The translations under genes were made by a program, and so were the position numbers. The notes below the pieces were generated by a model, which was not told the origin of the DNA, searched no databases, and saw only the letters and a program-made list of their open reading frames with translations. A stretch of 64,000 bases of DNA, taken from an uncultured Ruficoccus sp. (GTDB taxonomy: Bacteria; Verrucomicrobiota; Verrucomicrobiia; Opitutales; Cerasicoccaceae). The stretch is taken from contig OZ223514.1 in assembly GCA_965140785.1 (NCBI GenBank), forward strand, positions 96,001 through 160,000. Direction: 5' to 3'. Shown one piece after another: positions 1 through 8,897 of this stretch (its first letter is position 1; each line of letters begins with the position of its first letter).

Positions 1-642
1 ATAGGCACGGGGGGCGGTTCCGGCCAGCAGGTTACCCTCCGGGTCGAAGGCCAGGGCGGTGACGTGCGCCCGGTCCGTTTCGAACCACTTGACCGCCTCG
101 TCGCCGGGCTTGAAGTCGGGCTTGAGCTTGTAAATGGTGCCGCTGGCCCCGGTGGCGACGTACAGGTTGCCCTCCTGGTCAAAGACCATATCCCAGATGT
201 ATTCGTCCTCCGGGTCGAAGTAGATTTCGGGCCGCTGGCCGGGCGGGATGCGGTAAACCCGCCCCGAGGGCGAGGTGCCCACGTAAAGGTTGCCCTCGGA
301 ATCGAGCGCCAGGGCGCGGGCGAGGATTTCCTCCGGCTCGAAGACCGTCTCGACCTCACCGGAGGGCGTCATCTTATAGACCGTGCCTTCCTTGCCGGTG
401 CCGAGGTAAAGGTTGCCGTCGGCATCCGTCACGGCGCGCCAGATAATCGGGTCGTCCAGCACCGCGAGTTGCTCCAGCGAGGGGGCGAGACTGGCCTCCC
501 CGAGGTTCGAGATGGAGACGTTGACCGGCTTGCCGGCGGAGAAGGCCGCGTAGTCGGCCTGGAGCACGGAGTGTGTCTGCACGGCGGACAGCGAGCCCGC
601 GCCCAGGAGCGCGAGCGGAAGGGAGAAAAGCAGTTTCTTCAT
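1..642 (-). CDS. Secreted beta-propeller repeat protein (runs off the window edge)
   Basis: Manual translation from ATG at 642: MKKLLFSLPLALLGAGSLSA signal peptide, then repeated blades (DADGNLYLGTG, DSEGNLYVGTS, DQEGNLYVATG, DPEGNLLAGT). Absent from the ORF track because there is no stop in the window. Confidence 0.8.
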   Translation of the reverse strand, partial: MKKLLFSLPLALLGAGSLSAVQTHSVLQADYAAFSAGKPVNVSISNLGEASLAPSLEQLAVLDDPIIWRAVTDADGNLYLGTGKEGTVYKMTPSGEVETVFEPEEILARALALDSEGNLYVGTSPSGRVYRIPPGQRPEIYFDPEDEYIWDMVFDQEGNLYVATGASGTIYKLKPDFKPGDEAVKWFETDRAHVTALAFDPEGNLLAGTAPRAY

Positions 643-658
643 GGAAAGTCGGGAAAGG

Positions 659-2443
659 TTATTGGATGCGGGCCGGGAGGGTGTATTGACCATTGAATAC
701 GCCGGGCACTTCGAGCGAGGTCTCCCACAGGGTGACCGAGCGCGTGTCGGTGACCGGCGTGGGGCTGCGGTCCGAGTCCAGCAGCTCGCGCACGGAGACG
801 GGCAGCTCACCCAGGCGCTGGCCGTTGACGTTGAGTCCCTTGGACTCGCGCAGGACCTTGACGTAGACGCGCTGGTTGCTGCGCTCGTCGCGTAGGTAGT
901 TAACGATCCCGCCCAGCGAGTCGGCGGTGTTCAGGATGCCCTCGCGGTCCAGGTTGTCGGCGGCCTCGGCGTCACCGACGAAGACGGTGAGCTTCTCGCC
1001 CGAGGTACCGGCGGGAATCGGGATGGTGAAGCGGTGCCGCGTCCGCTGCTCCAGGTAGTTGTTCAGGGTGACGGCCAGCTCCAGGTCGTCGCCAGGGCGG
1101 AGTTCACCGCTGAGAATCTGGATCGAGTAGAGCGAACTGTACACCCACTCGTCGGCGATGCGGATCTCCATGGAGATCGATTTGACCTCGGCCATGCCGA
1201 AGGGGTTGTTCAGCAGCAGGTCGTAGTCGTTGAGCATCTTGAAGGCGGTGCGCATGGCGCCGGAGGGGCCGGTAGCCACGCGGTCGAACTCCAGCGGTTC
1301 GTACCCGGCGACGTCCATTTTTACATGCACATAAAAGGTCTGCTCGGCGGAAGCCTCCATGGTGTTGTTGAGGCTCTCCAGCAGGGCGATGGCGGTGATC
1401 AGGGGAGACCACTGGCGGCTTTGGTAAAGCTGACTGTTGAAGGTGCGCTCAGCCGCGCCGGGCCCGGCAATATGGATCGACACGTCGGTCATGGCGGGCG
1501 GGGTGCCGACCTCCCCGGCGATGGCCGTCAGCCGGTCCTGGTAAATGGTGCCCACGACCGGGCCGACATTGGAGAGCTTGAAGGAGCCGGGCAGACTCTG
1601 GATGACGGTGATGATTTCCGCCGGGGCCATCGGCATGTTGTCATCACCCGTGGCGAAGAAGGGGTGCCCGAAGGCCAGCACCTGGTCGCCCTCGCGCCAG
1701 GTCACCGTGCCCACCCCGGCGAACTGAAAGTCCCCCGTCATGAGCAGGCCCGCCACCGGACTGCCGGTCTGGATGTCGCTGGCACCGAGTTCGCTGGTCG
1801 TGCCCAGGGGGGCGCGCATGGGGGCGACACCGCGCTTGGCGAACTCCTCGGAGAAGGACCCGAGCGTCTCGGCGGAAACGCCGGAAATCATCAACGGGCT
1901 GGGGAGGGGCTTCAGGATCGCGTCCAGCGGCAGGCCGCTCATTTGCTCCTGCCCGCTCTGGGGCTGCCAGTGGGGAGAATTCTTGTACTGCGGGTAGCCG
2001 GCCTCCCGCGCTTTGTCGGGCTGGCGCTGGGCCTCTTTTTCAAAGGTCTCCATCATGTCGGCAATGGGGGTGATGCCGATGATGGCCTGCTCCTTGGGCC
2101 AGGTGTAGCCGTAGGCGTAGGCGCCCACGAGCTTGCCGTCGATGAAGCAGGGGCTGCCGCTCATCCCGGCGACCGGGCCGCTCAGGATTTGGCTCTCGTC
2201 CAGAGCGCGGGCGATGATAATGTCCCGCTGTGGGCCACTGAAGTTACGGGCCGTGCCCAGCACCTCAAACCGGAAGGTCTCGATCTGCGAACCGGAGATG
2301 ACGGTCTTCCACTCGCCCTGCATGCCGGGCTTGATCTCGGAAACCGGGAGGGTGGGGGCCGAAATCGGCGGCGGCTGGGCTCCCAGGGGCAGGGCCAAAA
2401 CCAGAGAGAAAACCGCCGGGAGAATTGAAAATAATCGTCTCAT
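659..2443 (-). CDS. SpoIVB-like peptidase S55 domain protein, secreted
   Basis: Signal peptide from ATG 2443 (MRRLFSILPAVFSLVLALPLGA); motifs GPVAGMSGSP and AGVGTVTW...AFGHPF. Confidence 0.8.
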   Translation of the reverse strand: MRRLFSILPAVFSLVLALPLGAQPPPISAPTLPVSEIKPGMQGEWKTVISGSQIETFRFEVLGTARNFSGPQRDIIIARALDESQILSGPVAGMSGSPCFIDGKLVGAYAYGYTWPKEQAIIGITPIADMMETFEKEAQRQPDKAREAGYPQYKNSPHWQPQSGQEQMSGLPLDAILKPLPSPLMISGVSAETLGSFSEEFAKRGVAPMRAPLGTTSELGASDIQTGSPVAGLLMTGDFQFAGVGTVTWREGDQVLAFGHPFFATGDDNMPMAPAEIITVIQSLPGSFKLSNVGPVVGTIYQDRLTAIAGEVGTPPAMTDVSIHIAGPGAAERTFNSQLYQSRQWSPLITAIALLESLNNTMEASAEQTFYVHVKMDVAGYEPLEFDRVATGPSGAMRTAFKMLNDYDLLLNNPFGMAEVKSISMEIRIADEWVYSSLYSIQILSGELRPGDDLELAVTLNNYLEQRTRHRFTIPIPAGTSGEKLTVFVGDAEAADNLDREGILNTADSLGGIVNYLRDERSNQRVYVKVLRESKGLNVNGQRLGELPVSVRELLDSDRSPTPVTDTRSVTLWETSLEVPGVFNGQYTLPARIQ

Positions 2444-2645
2444 ACCGTCTCGCACACGCGACACGCTGACGATGAGCATTGTTCCTTGAGAGGCAACTCA
2501 GAAAAAAAATGTCAAAATTCAGTATCCCCTTAATCGGCTTGCTTAATTTTTCCGATTTTGCATAGTCCCTGCCTTGGTATGGGGTAACATCTTCAATAAG
2601 TAGATGGCCGAAAGCATGTAGTTACTCATTTCTAATTACGGGCTT

Positions 2646-2867
2646 ATGCAGAGAAAGTTATCGACTCTTCTTTTAATAATTTCACTGTTCGCGACCTCCC
2701 CGCTGTGGGGGGCGGCGAATGAATCCGGCGCTGTCGCGTCTGTTCAAGACTACAATTGGCTGATCCTGATGGTGGCCGCCTTTGCGGTGGGGGTTGTGGT
2801 CATTGTGGCGCTGTGCCGCCGTCGCCGTCGCCGCAGCAAGCTCCATGGCCTCTCACACATGCTCTGA
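2646..2867 (+). CDS. Small membrane protein (signal peptide, TM helix, poly-Arg tail)
   Basis: 73 aa ORF after an AT-rich intergenic region; hydrophobic N-terminus, second TM segment followed by RRRRRR. Confidence 0.6.
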   Translation: MQRKLSTLLLIISLFATSPLWGAANESGAVASVQDYNWLILMVAAFAVGVVVIVALCRRRRRRSKLHGLSHML

Positions 2868-2922
2868 GCCGGTGGGCCGGTGGGCATTTGCTCCGCCCAT
2901 GCTGCCGGATGGGGGGCGACGT

Positions 2923-3999
2923 TTATTCCTGCCGTTGCAGGGCAAGGAGTTGTTTCTGCTGCGTGGCCATCTTCTCCTCCAGTGAAGCCAGCCGCTCAAT
3001 CAACTGGTTGTAGGCGGCCAGCGTATCGTCATTCTCAAACCAGAGGGTGTCGTCCTGCTCGTCGTAGCCCCACTGTCCCCAGTCGTCCTGCAGGAGTTTT
3101 AGGAATTTATCCAGGCTGACGGCGTACTCGGCGTTGGTCCGGTGGATCAGCATGATCAGGGCGAGTTTCTGCTGGCCGATGCCGCTGACAGTTCCCTGGG
3201 CGGCTTTCTGCGCTTCGCGGGTACTGAGGCCACCGGTTTCATACATCTGTGTCAGGTGGGGCTCAAGATCGGCATAATAGTCGTACATTTCTCTGGAGGC
3301 CTGGCCATAAGCCTGGGTTAGCTCCCGGGCTTGCCCGATCTGCTCGGGGGAAGTATAGACGGTGGCATCAATGCTGACGGCTTCGTCATCGAGGTAGGCC
3401 CCCTGCGCATCGAGCAGCACCTGTGTTTTGGCCTGGAGTTCGCGCAGAAACTGTGCGCCCACCCGGGCGGCGATGGCTTCCTTTTCATCTGAAACACTTT
3501 CGCTGTAGCTATCCAGGCCACTGACCACATTTCCCAGCTTCTCCATGGCTTCTGTGTCGAGAGCTTCCCCGGGGGGAGCGGATTCCCTGAGATCATTGAC
3601 CTGCTGCATCAGGGCCATTTGCCGGGCCTTGGCCTGGAGTCTCGGCGCGAGGAAGAGGTTCATCAACAACCCGAGGCTCATGATACCCGTCAACAGGCAG
3701 AAAACGAGATTGCCCGCCCAGCGACGGCGGCGCGAGAGCAGCCATACCAACCAGCCCAGCAGCAGCGGAAAACCGATGGCAGCCAAAAAGGTGCCGAAGT
3801 AGAAGCCGAGCTTTTCGCCACCTTCCATTTGATCTAATGCACTGCCCTGATAGCCTTGGATCGCGGCCAAAATGGCTCCCACTACCAGAAACACTATCGA
3901 CACCGGGTGCAGCTTGAAGCTTTTCGCGCGGGGTTTCTCGGGTGTGCCGCCGGGCGATTGCGGCGGAAGCTGGGGAGGGAGGGCAGGCGGTTGATCCAT
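2923..3999 (-). CDS. Hypothetical membrane protein (3 N-terminal TM helices plus helical domain)
   Basis: ORF 2923-4173; likely start ATG 3999 (MDQPPALPPQ); three hydrophobic segments. Confidence 0.65.
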   Translation of the reverse strand: MDQPPALPPQLPPQSPGGTPEKPRAKSFKLHPVSIVFLVVGAILAAIQGYQGSALDQMEGGEKLGFYFGTFLAAIGFPLLLGWLVWLLSRRRRWAGNLVFCLLTGIMSLGLLMNLFLAPRLQAKARQMALMQQVNDLRESAPPGEALDTEAMEKLGNVVSGLDSYSESVSDEKEAIAARVGAQFLRELQAKTQVLLDAQGAYLDDEAVSIDATVYTSPEQIGQARELTQAYGQASREMYDYYADLEPHLTQMYETGGLSTREAQKAAQGTVSGIGQQKLALIMLIHRTNAEYAVSLDKFLKLLQDDWGQWGYDEQDDTLWFENDDTLAAYNQLIERLASLEEKMATQQKQLLALQRQE

Positions 4000-4181
4000 A
4001 AGAGCAGGCGGTTGGAGAATGGGTAAGCGGCTTAAAGGTGTTCGTCCTGAATGCTCGTAGCCTCGCTTACGGTGTAGCTTGCCGCCGCTGTTCAGCTCCG
4101 GCAAGTCGGGATTTCCCTTTTGGAGGTCGGGATGATCAAGGGGTGGCGCTGAGTCGATGCTGGCCGCCGGCATTTTGACAC

Positions 4182-4211
4182 AAAAAAAGCCCTCGCCGGT
4201 CAGGCGGGGGC
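4182..4211 (-). terminator. Intrinsic terminator (minus-strand orientation)
   Basis: Stem gccctcgcc/ggcgggggc with A7 tract on its left side (U-tract on the minus strand). Confidence 0.65.
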
Positions 4212-4226
4212 TCGAAATTAAGAAAA

Positions 4227-4556
4227 GGGCTGGCCTAGCTCAGGACGTAAAACACGCTTAGGTTAGCAGCGGTGTATGAAAGAAAAAGCAGGCTGAGCGC
4301 TCACAAGCCGCAGCATTAGATTGAGCACTTTGTCGCAGGGACTACCGCACGTGCGGCCGCCGAGATCGTTGGAGTGCATCGCAACACAGCAATCAGCTTT
4401 TACATGAGCCGCTTCAACGGCATTAAACCAGACAACTTTTACGACTTCCTCAAGGACTGCGAATGGCGCTCCAACGCAGGCAACCACAAACAACTCCTCA
4501 GCCAGCTTAAACACTGGGTTCGAAACGCAGACAAGCACTCTTGGCTAGGTCAGTCC
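4227..4556 (+). mobile_element. Internally deleted IS1595-family (IS1016-like) element, non-autonomous
   Basis: Imperfect TIRs gggctggcctagc (4227) / gctaggtcagtcc (4544-4556). One frame reads RKSRLS..*IEHFVAGTTARAAAEIVGVHRNTAISFY joined directly to MSRFNGIKPDNFYDFLKDCEWR, the N- and C-termini of IS1016-type transposases. Confidence 0.8.
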
Positions 4557-4630
4557 GTCCATTAATCCAGATGCGATGGGCTTATTAGCGATTGTGAACA
4601 GAAAGTTAAGAATTTTTGACCAAAAACAAA

Positions 4631-4691
4631 TTGACAGACACCCTTACTAGATATTGTGTGTTCGACGTAAGCCCGTAGGCATATCTAGTGT
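4631..4691 (+). promoter_or_regulatory. nrdA promoter with tandem NrdR boxes
   Basis: TTGACA at 4631; boxes ttaCtAgATaTtGtgt (4644-4659) and taggcAtATcTaGtgt (4676-4691), 32 bp apart, matching the acaCwAtATaTwGtgt consensus. Confidence 0.8.
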
Positions 4692-4902
4692 TCGCTCTCA
4701 CAAACAGGCTTGGGGATAAGAACCAACAACTTGCCGTTGTTTTGTCCCGCCGTTTGACGATAATACGCCTGTTTTACGCAGTGCGGACACGATGTCCCGG
4801 CACTGTTTATTGATCTGGCGAGGGGAGTTTTCCCCTCTTCTCTCACCGGTTTCCCAACCTTTTCAGTACTCCTCTCAACTTCCATCAGCTCATTATTGCC
4901 TT

Positions 4903-7900
4903 ATGATTCGTAATTTCTCCTTCGATGAAGACCTCGCCCTCAAGCGTTTTGCGGCTACCCCGGCCGAGCAGAAGCCGCGCTTCAACTGGCGCGAGGTCAT
5001 AGCCGACGCCTCCGTCAAGCAACCCGCCGTCAAAATCGAGTCCGGCGGTGAGGAACGGGATTTCGACGTGGCCGATGTGGCGGAGATTATTGGCAATGCC
5101 CTGACCGACCTCATGCTCTCCCGTGAGGAGCAGGAGGAGAAAATCTTCACCGAGCAGAATCGCAGCTTCGTCGCCGGGGTCGCTCGTGCCGTGGCCGAGC
5201 GTCTGGCCCGTCAGATCAGCGACGAGACCGGCGTCAGCCTCACCCAGCGTGAAATCCACCTCATCATCGAGACCGCGCTCGTCCAGCACGATGCCCACGA
5301 CGTGGCCCGCAGTCTCGTGGCCAACTATTCCAACCACGGCGCCGACGGTACTGACGACGATGAGCCGGAAATGACCGTTCGCCTCATCCGCCGCAACCGC
5401 CAGGTCGTTCCCTGGGATCCGAACAAGATCGAGGTCGCCGTGCGCAAGGCCTTCCTCGCCCAGCAGATGGACTCGGGCGCGGCGATTGAGGTCGCCCGCG
5501 ACGTTACCGGCCGCGTGCGTAAGCTCGGCCAAGCTTTTGTGCACATCGAGGAGGTGCAGGACTTCGTTCAGGAGGCCCTGATGAAGGCCGGGCACTTCAA
5601 GGTGGCCGAGTCGTATATCCTTTACCGTGCCCACCGCCGCCGCCTGCGCGAGCTGGAGGCGCTCGACGGCGAGGGCGAAGACAGCCGCCAGGACGCCATG
5701 ATCATGGTCAAGGGTGAGGACGGCTCCTCCTATTTCTGGGACCCGGCCGAACTGCGCAAGCGTATCGAGTTCGCCTCCATCGGGCTGGACCTGTGCCTGG
5801 ACCGCGACCACATCGAGGCCGAGCTGCGCCGTTCCCTCTACGCCGAGATGACCCGCGAGGACCTCAAGCGCACCATCATCCTCAACGCCAAGGCCCTCAT
5901 GGAGAAGGACGCCGACTTCGCCCGCTTTGCCGGTCGCATCCTGTTGTCCTATATCTACGAAGAAGTGCTCGGCTGGGACATCCTCCAGGACGGAATCGAG
6001 GGCCTTCAGCGCGCCCACCAGCAGTATTTTAAAAATTATCTCAAGCGCGCCGTCGAGATCGAGCGCCTCGCTCCCGATCTGCTTGAGTACGACCTCGACC
6101 GTCTGGCCGCCGCCATCGACCCGAGCGCCGACCTCGACTTCGACTACCTGGGCATCTCCACCATGTACGACCGCTATCTGCTGGTGGACAAGACCTGCAA
6201 AACCGCCCGCCGCCTGGAGACCCCTCAGCTGTTCTGGATGCGTGTCTCCATGGGCCTCTTCCGCGAGGAAAAGGACGACCGTGAGTATTGGGTGCTCCAG
6301 CTTTATAATCTCTACAAGAGCCGTCGCTTCTGCTCCTCCACGCCCACACTTTTCAACTCCGGCACGCTCCACTCGCAGCTCTCCTCCTGCTACCTGTACC
6401 AGGTCAGCGACAGCATCGAGAGCATCATGAACCGCGGCATCGCCGAGAACGCCTTCCTCTCGAAGTGGGCGGGTGGCCTGGGCGGTTCGTGGACCAGCGT
6501 CCGCGGCACCGGCAGCTACATCAAGGGCACCAACGGCGAGTCCCAGGGCGTCATCCCCTTCCTCAAGCTCCACAATGACCAGCTCGTGGCCGTCAACCAG
6601 GGTGGCAAGCGCCGGGGCTCCGGCTGTGCCTACCTGGAAACCTGGCACAACGACATCATGGACTTCCTGGAACTGCGCCGGAATACCGGGGACGACCGAC
6701 GCCGTACCCATGACATGAACACCTCCAACTGGATTCCGGACCTCTTTATGAAGCGTCTGGAAGCCCGCGAGGACTGGACCCTTTTCCGCGCCAACGAGGC
6801 TCCCGACCTGCACGAGACTTACGGCAAGACCTTCGAGGAGAAATACCTCGACTACGAGGCCAAGGCCGAGCGCGGCGAAATCTGGGGCCAGAAGGTCAAG
6901 GCCATTGACCTGTGGAAGTCCATGCTCCGCATGCTCTTCGAAACGGGCCACCCCTGGATCACCTTCAAGGACCCGTGCAACGTCCGCAGCCCGCAGGATC
7001 ACGCCGGGGTCATTCACAGCTCCAACCTCTGCACCGAGATCACCCTCAACACCGGTCCCGACGAGACCGCCGTGTGTAACCTCGGCTCGGTCATCCTCGA
7101 CCAGCACCTCGACCGCGAGGGCAAGCTCGACTTGGAGAAACTGCGTGAGACCGTCCGCATCGCCGTGCGCGCGCTGGACAACGTGATCGACATCAACTTC
7201 TACCCGACCGATCCGGCCAAGAATGCCAACTCGCGCCACCGCCCGGTCGGCCTCGGCATCATGGGCCTGCAGAACGCCCTCTACAAGCGCGGCGTCTCCT
7301 TCGCCAGCCAGGAAGCGGTCGAGTTCAACGACGAGTTTATGGAAGCTATCGCCTACTATGCCTACGAGGCTTCCAGCGACCTGGCCGCCGAACGCGGCAG
7401 CTACTCTTCCTTCAAGGGCTCCAAGTGGGACCGCGGTCTCATGCCGCAGGACACCCTCGCCCTGCTGGAGCAGGAGCGCGGCCAGGCCATCGACGTGCCC
7501 CGCACCGCCCACATGGACTGGGACTCTCTGCGCGCCAAGATTCAGAAGCAGGGTATGCGTAACAGCAACGTCCTCGCCATCGCCCCCACCGCGACGATCT
7601 CGAACATCATGGGCACCAGCCCCTGCATCGAGCCCTACTACAAGAACCTCTACGTCAAGAGCAACCTCGGCGGCGACTTCATCGTCCTCAACCCGGCCCT
7701 GGTCAAGGACCTCAAGGCGCTCGATCTGTGGGACCAGGACATGATCGACCAGCTCAAGTACTTCGACGGCGAGCTGGATAACATCGAGGGCATCCCCGAG
7801 GATATCCGCGCCAAGTACTCCACCGCCTTCGGGATCGATTACCAGTGGTTCATCGACGCCGCCGCCCGCCGCCAGAAGTGGATCGACCAGTCCCAGAGCG

Positions 7901-8154
7901 TCAACCTCTTCCTCAGCAAGCCCGACCTGAAGACCCTCTCGCACATGTACCGCGACGCCTGGCACAAGGGCCTCAAGACCACCTACTACCTGCGCACCCA
8001 GCAGGCCTCCAATATCGAGAAGTCCACCGTCTCGGTGAAGAAGGAAGTCCGTGGCCCCGCAACCGACGAAAAACGCACCTACACCGAGGAGGAAAAAGTC
8101 GCCTGCTCGCTGGAGGCCATGCGCAACGGCGAGGAGTGCGAAGCTTGCCAGTAG
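4903..8154 (+). CDS. nrdA: Class I ribonucleotide reductase alpha subunit with multiple ATP-cone domains
   Basis: Motifs TPTLFNSG, LSSCY, SNLCTEI, VCNLGS, IAPTATIS, KTTYYLR, C-terminal CEAC; likely start ATG 4903. Confidence 0.95.
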   Translation: MIRNFSFDEDLALKRFAATPAEQKPRFNWREVIADASVKQPAVKIESGGEERDFDVADVAEIIGNALTDLMLSREEQEEKIFTEQNRSFVAGVARAVAERLARQISDETGVSLTQREIHLIIETALVQHDAHDVARSLVANYSNHGADGTDDDEPEMTVRLIRRNRQVVPWDPNKIEVAVRKAFLAQQMDSGAAIEVARDVTGRVRKLGQAFVHIEEVQDFVQEALMKAGHFKVAESYILYRAHRRRLRELEALDGEGEDSRQDAMIMVKGEDGSSYFWDPAELRKRIEFASIGLDLCLDRDHIEAELRRSLYAEMTREDLKRTIILNAKALMEKDADFARFAGRILLSYIYEEVLGWDILQDGIEGLQRAHQQYFKNYLKRAVEIERLAPDLLEYDLDRLAAAIDPSADLDFDYLGISTMYDRYLLVDKTCKTARRLETPQLFWMRVSMGLFREEKDDREYWVLQLYNLYKSRRFCSSTPTLFNSGTLHSQLSSCYLYQVSDSIESIMNRGIAENAFLSKWAGGLGGSWTSVRGTGSYIKGTNGESQGVIPFLKLHNDQLVAVNQGGKRRGSGCAYLETWHNDIMDFLELRRNTGDDRRRTHDMNTSNWIPDLFMKRLEAREDWTLFRANEAPDLHETYGKTFEEKYLDYEAKAERGEIWGQKVKAIDLWKSMLRMLFETGHPWITFKDPCNVRSPQDHAGVIHSSNLCTEITLNTGPDETAVCNLGSVILDQHLDREGKLDLEKLRETVRIAVRALDNVIDINFYPTDPAKNANSRHRPVGLGIMGLQNALYKRGVSFASQEAVEFNDEFMEAIAYYAYEASSDLAAERGSYSSFKGSKWDRGLMPQDTLALLEQERGQAIDVPRTAHMDWDSLRAKIQKQGMRNSNVLAIAPTATISNIMGTSPCIEPYYKNLYVKSNLGGDFIVLNPALVKDLKALDLWDQDMIDQLKYFDGELDNIEGIPEDIRAKYSTAFGIDYQWFIDAAARRQKWIDQSQSVNLFLSKPDLKTLSHMYRDAWHKGLKTTYYLRTQQASNIEKSTVSVKKEVRGPATDEKRTYTEEEKVACSLEAMRNGEECEACQ

Positions 8155-8213
8155 GGCGAAACGCTTTTTCAAAGCAGAGGCAGACAAACAAGACTGACTA
8201 ACAGAAAACATTC

Positions 8214-8246
8214 AGGCGGCCCCTTCAGCAAGGGCCGCCTTTTTTA
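8214..8246 (+). terminator. Intrinsic terminator after nrdA
   Basis: GC-rich stem aggcggccc/gggccgcct followed by a T tract. Confidence 0.85.
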
Positions 8247-8310
8247 TACAATCTCTTCTCCAATAATTGGCGGAGGAAACGTAACGTATAATACCGGGAA
8301 TAATATTCGT

Positions 8311-8347
8311 TGTCATTCCGAGCGAGCGTAGCGAGTCGAAGGATCTC
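8311..8347 (+). repeat. Solo GTCAT-type REP-like palindromic element
   Basis: tgtcattccgagcgagcgtagcgagtcgaaggatctc resembles the widespread TGTCATTCCGAGCG...GAATCTC extragenic repeats; only one copy seen in the window. Confidence 0.5.
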
Positions 8348-8449
8348 CCGGCGCGCTATCCGTGAGCCCGCAGGAAAACGGGAGGAGAATTTATTTCCAC
8401 TCCTGTGCTATTGCAGCCATCACCGTGTTAACTGCAAAACAAGGCGCAA

Positions 8450-8498
8450 GCTTTGCTTTGCAAAGTTTTTGTTGACATTTGACTTTGTATTGCAAAGT
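8450..8498 (+). promoter_or_regulatory. Tandem palindromic operators CTTTG-N5-CAAAG flanking a TTGACA
   Basis: gCTTTGctttgCAAAGt (8450-8466) and aCTTTGtattgCAAAGt (8482-8498), 32 bp apart; TTGACA at 8472. Confidence 0.7.
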
Positions 8499-8507
8499 AA
8501 TGTTTTC

Positions 8508-8897
8508 ATGGAAAGTCAATGCATGGGTAGGCAGACGGTCATAAAACATGGAAGAAGGCTTTGGAGACGAACCGGGCGGGGACTTGTTCGCTATGAGTGT
8601 TCCGGGCACACGGCCTTGGTGAATCCTTCCGGTAAAACGTGGGCGCAGGGCTTCCCCTACGAGGGGGAGGCGGCGGAGGTGCTCGATACGGCCGGGCTGT
8701 GGAGCCGCAGCGTGTGGATGCGCTTTTTGCTGCAAGAGGGCCAGTCGATGCCAGGGGACCGGTTGCGGTGGAGGATGGAGCGGGTACGCAAACGCGGAGG
8801 TGAGATCGTCCGCGCCGACCTGCTGGTTTACGATGAAGAGCGCCGCCTGCTGCACCGGATCGTTTTTCACCGTCGGGGAGGGCGTCGGCATGGATAA
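8508..8897 (+). CDS. Hypothetical protein, first gene of the HTH_34 operon
   Basis: ATG 8508 directly after the operators; overlaps the start of the next gene. Confidence 0.55.
   Translation: MESQCMGRQTVIKHGRRLWRRTGRGLVRYECSGHTALVNPSGKTWAQGFPYEGEAAEVLDTAGLWSRSVWMRFLLQEGQSMPGDRLRWRMERVRKRGGEIVRADLLVYDEERRLLHRIVFHRRGGRRHG

Noticed and set aside
4885..8211. 1108-aa ORF antisense to nrdA, and similar long antisense ORFs over metH, purH and the M20 peptidase
   Set aside because: Shadow ORFs expected from high GC3 codon bias; no recognisable motifs.
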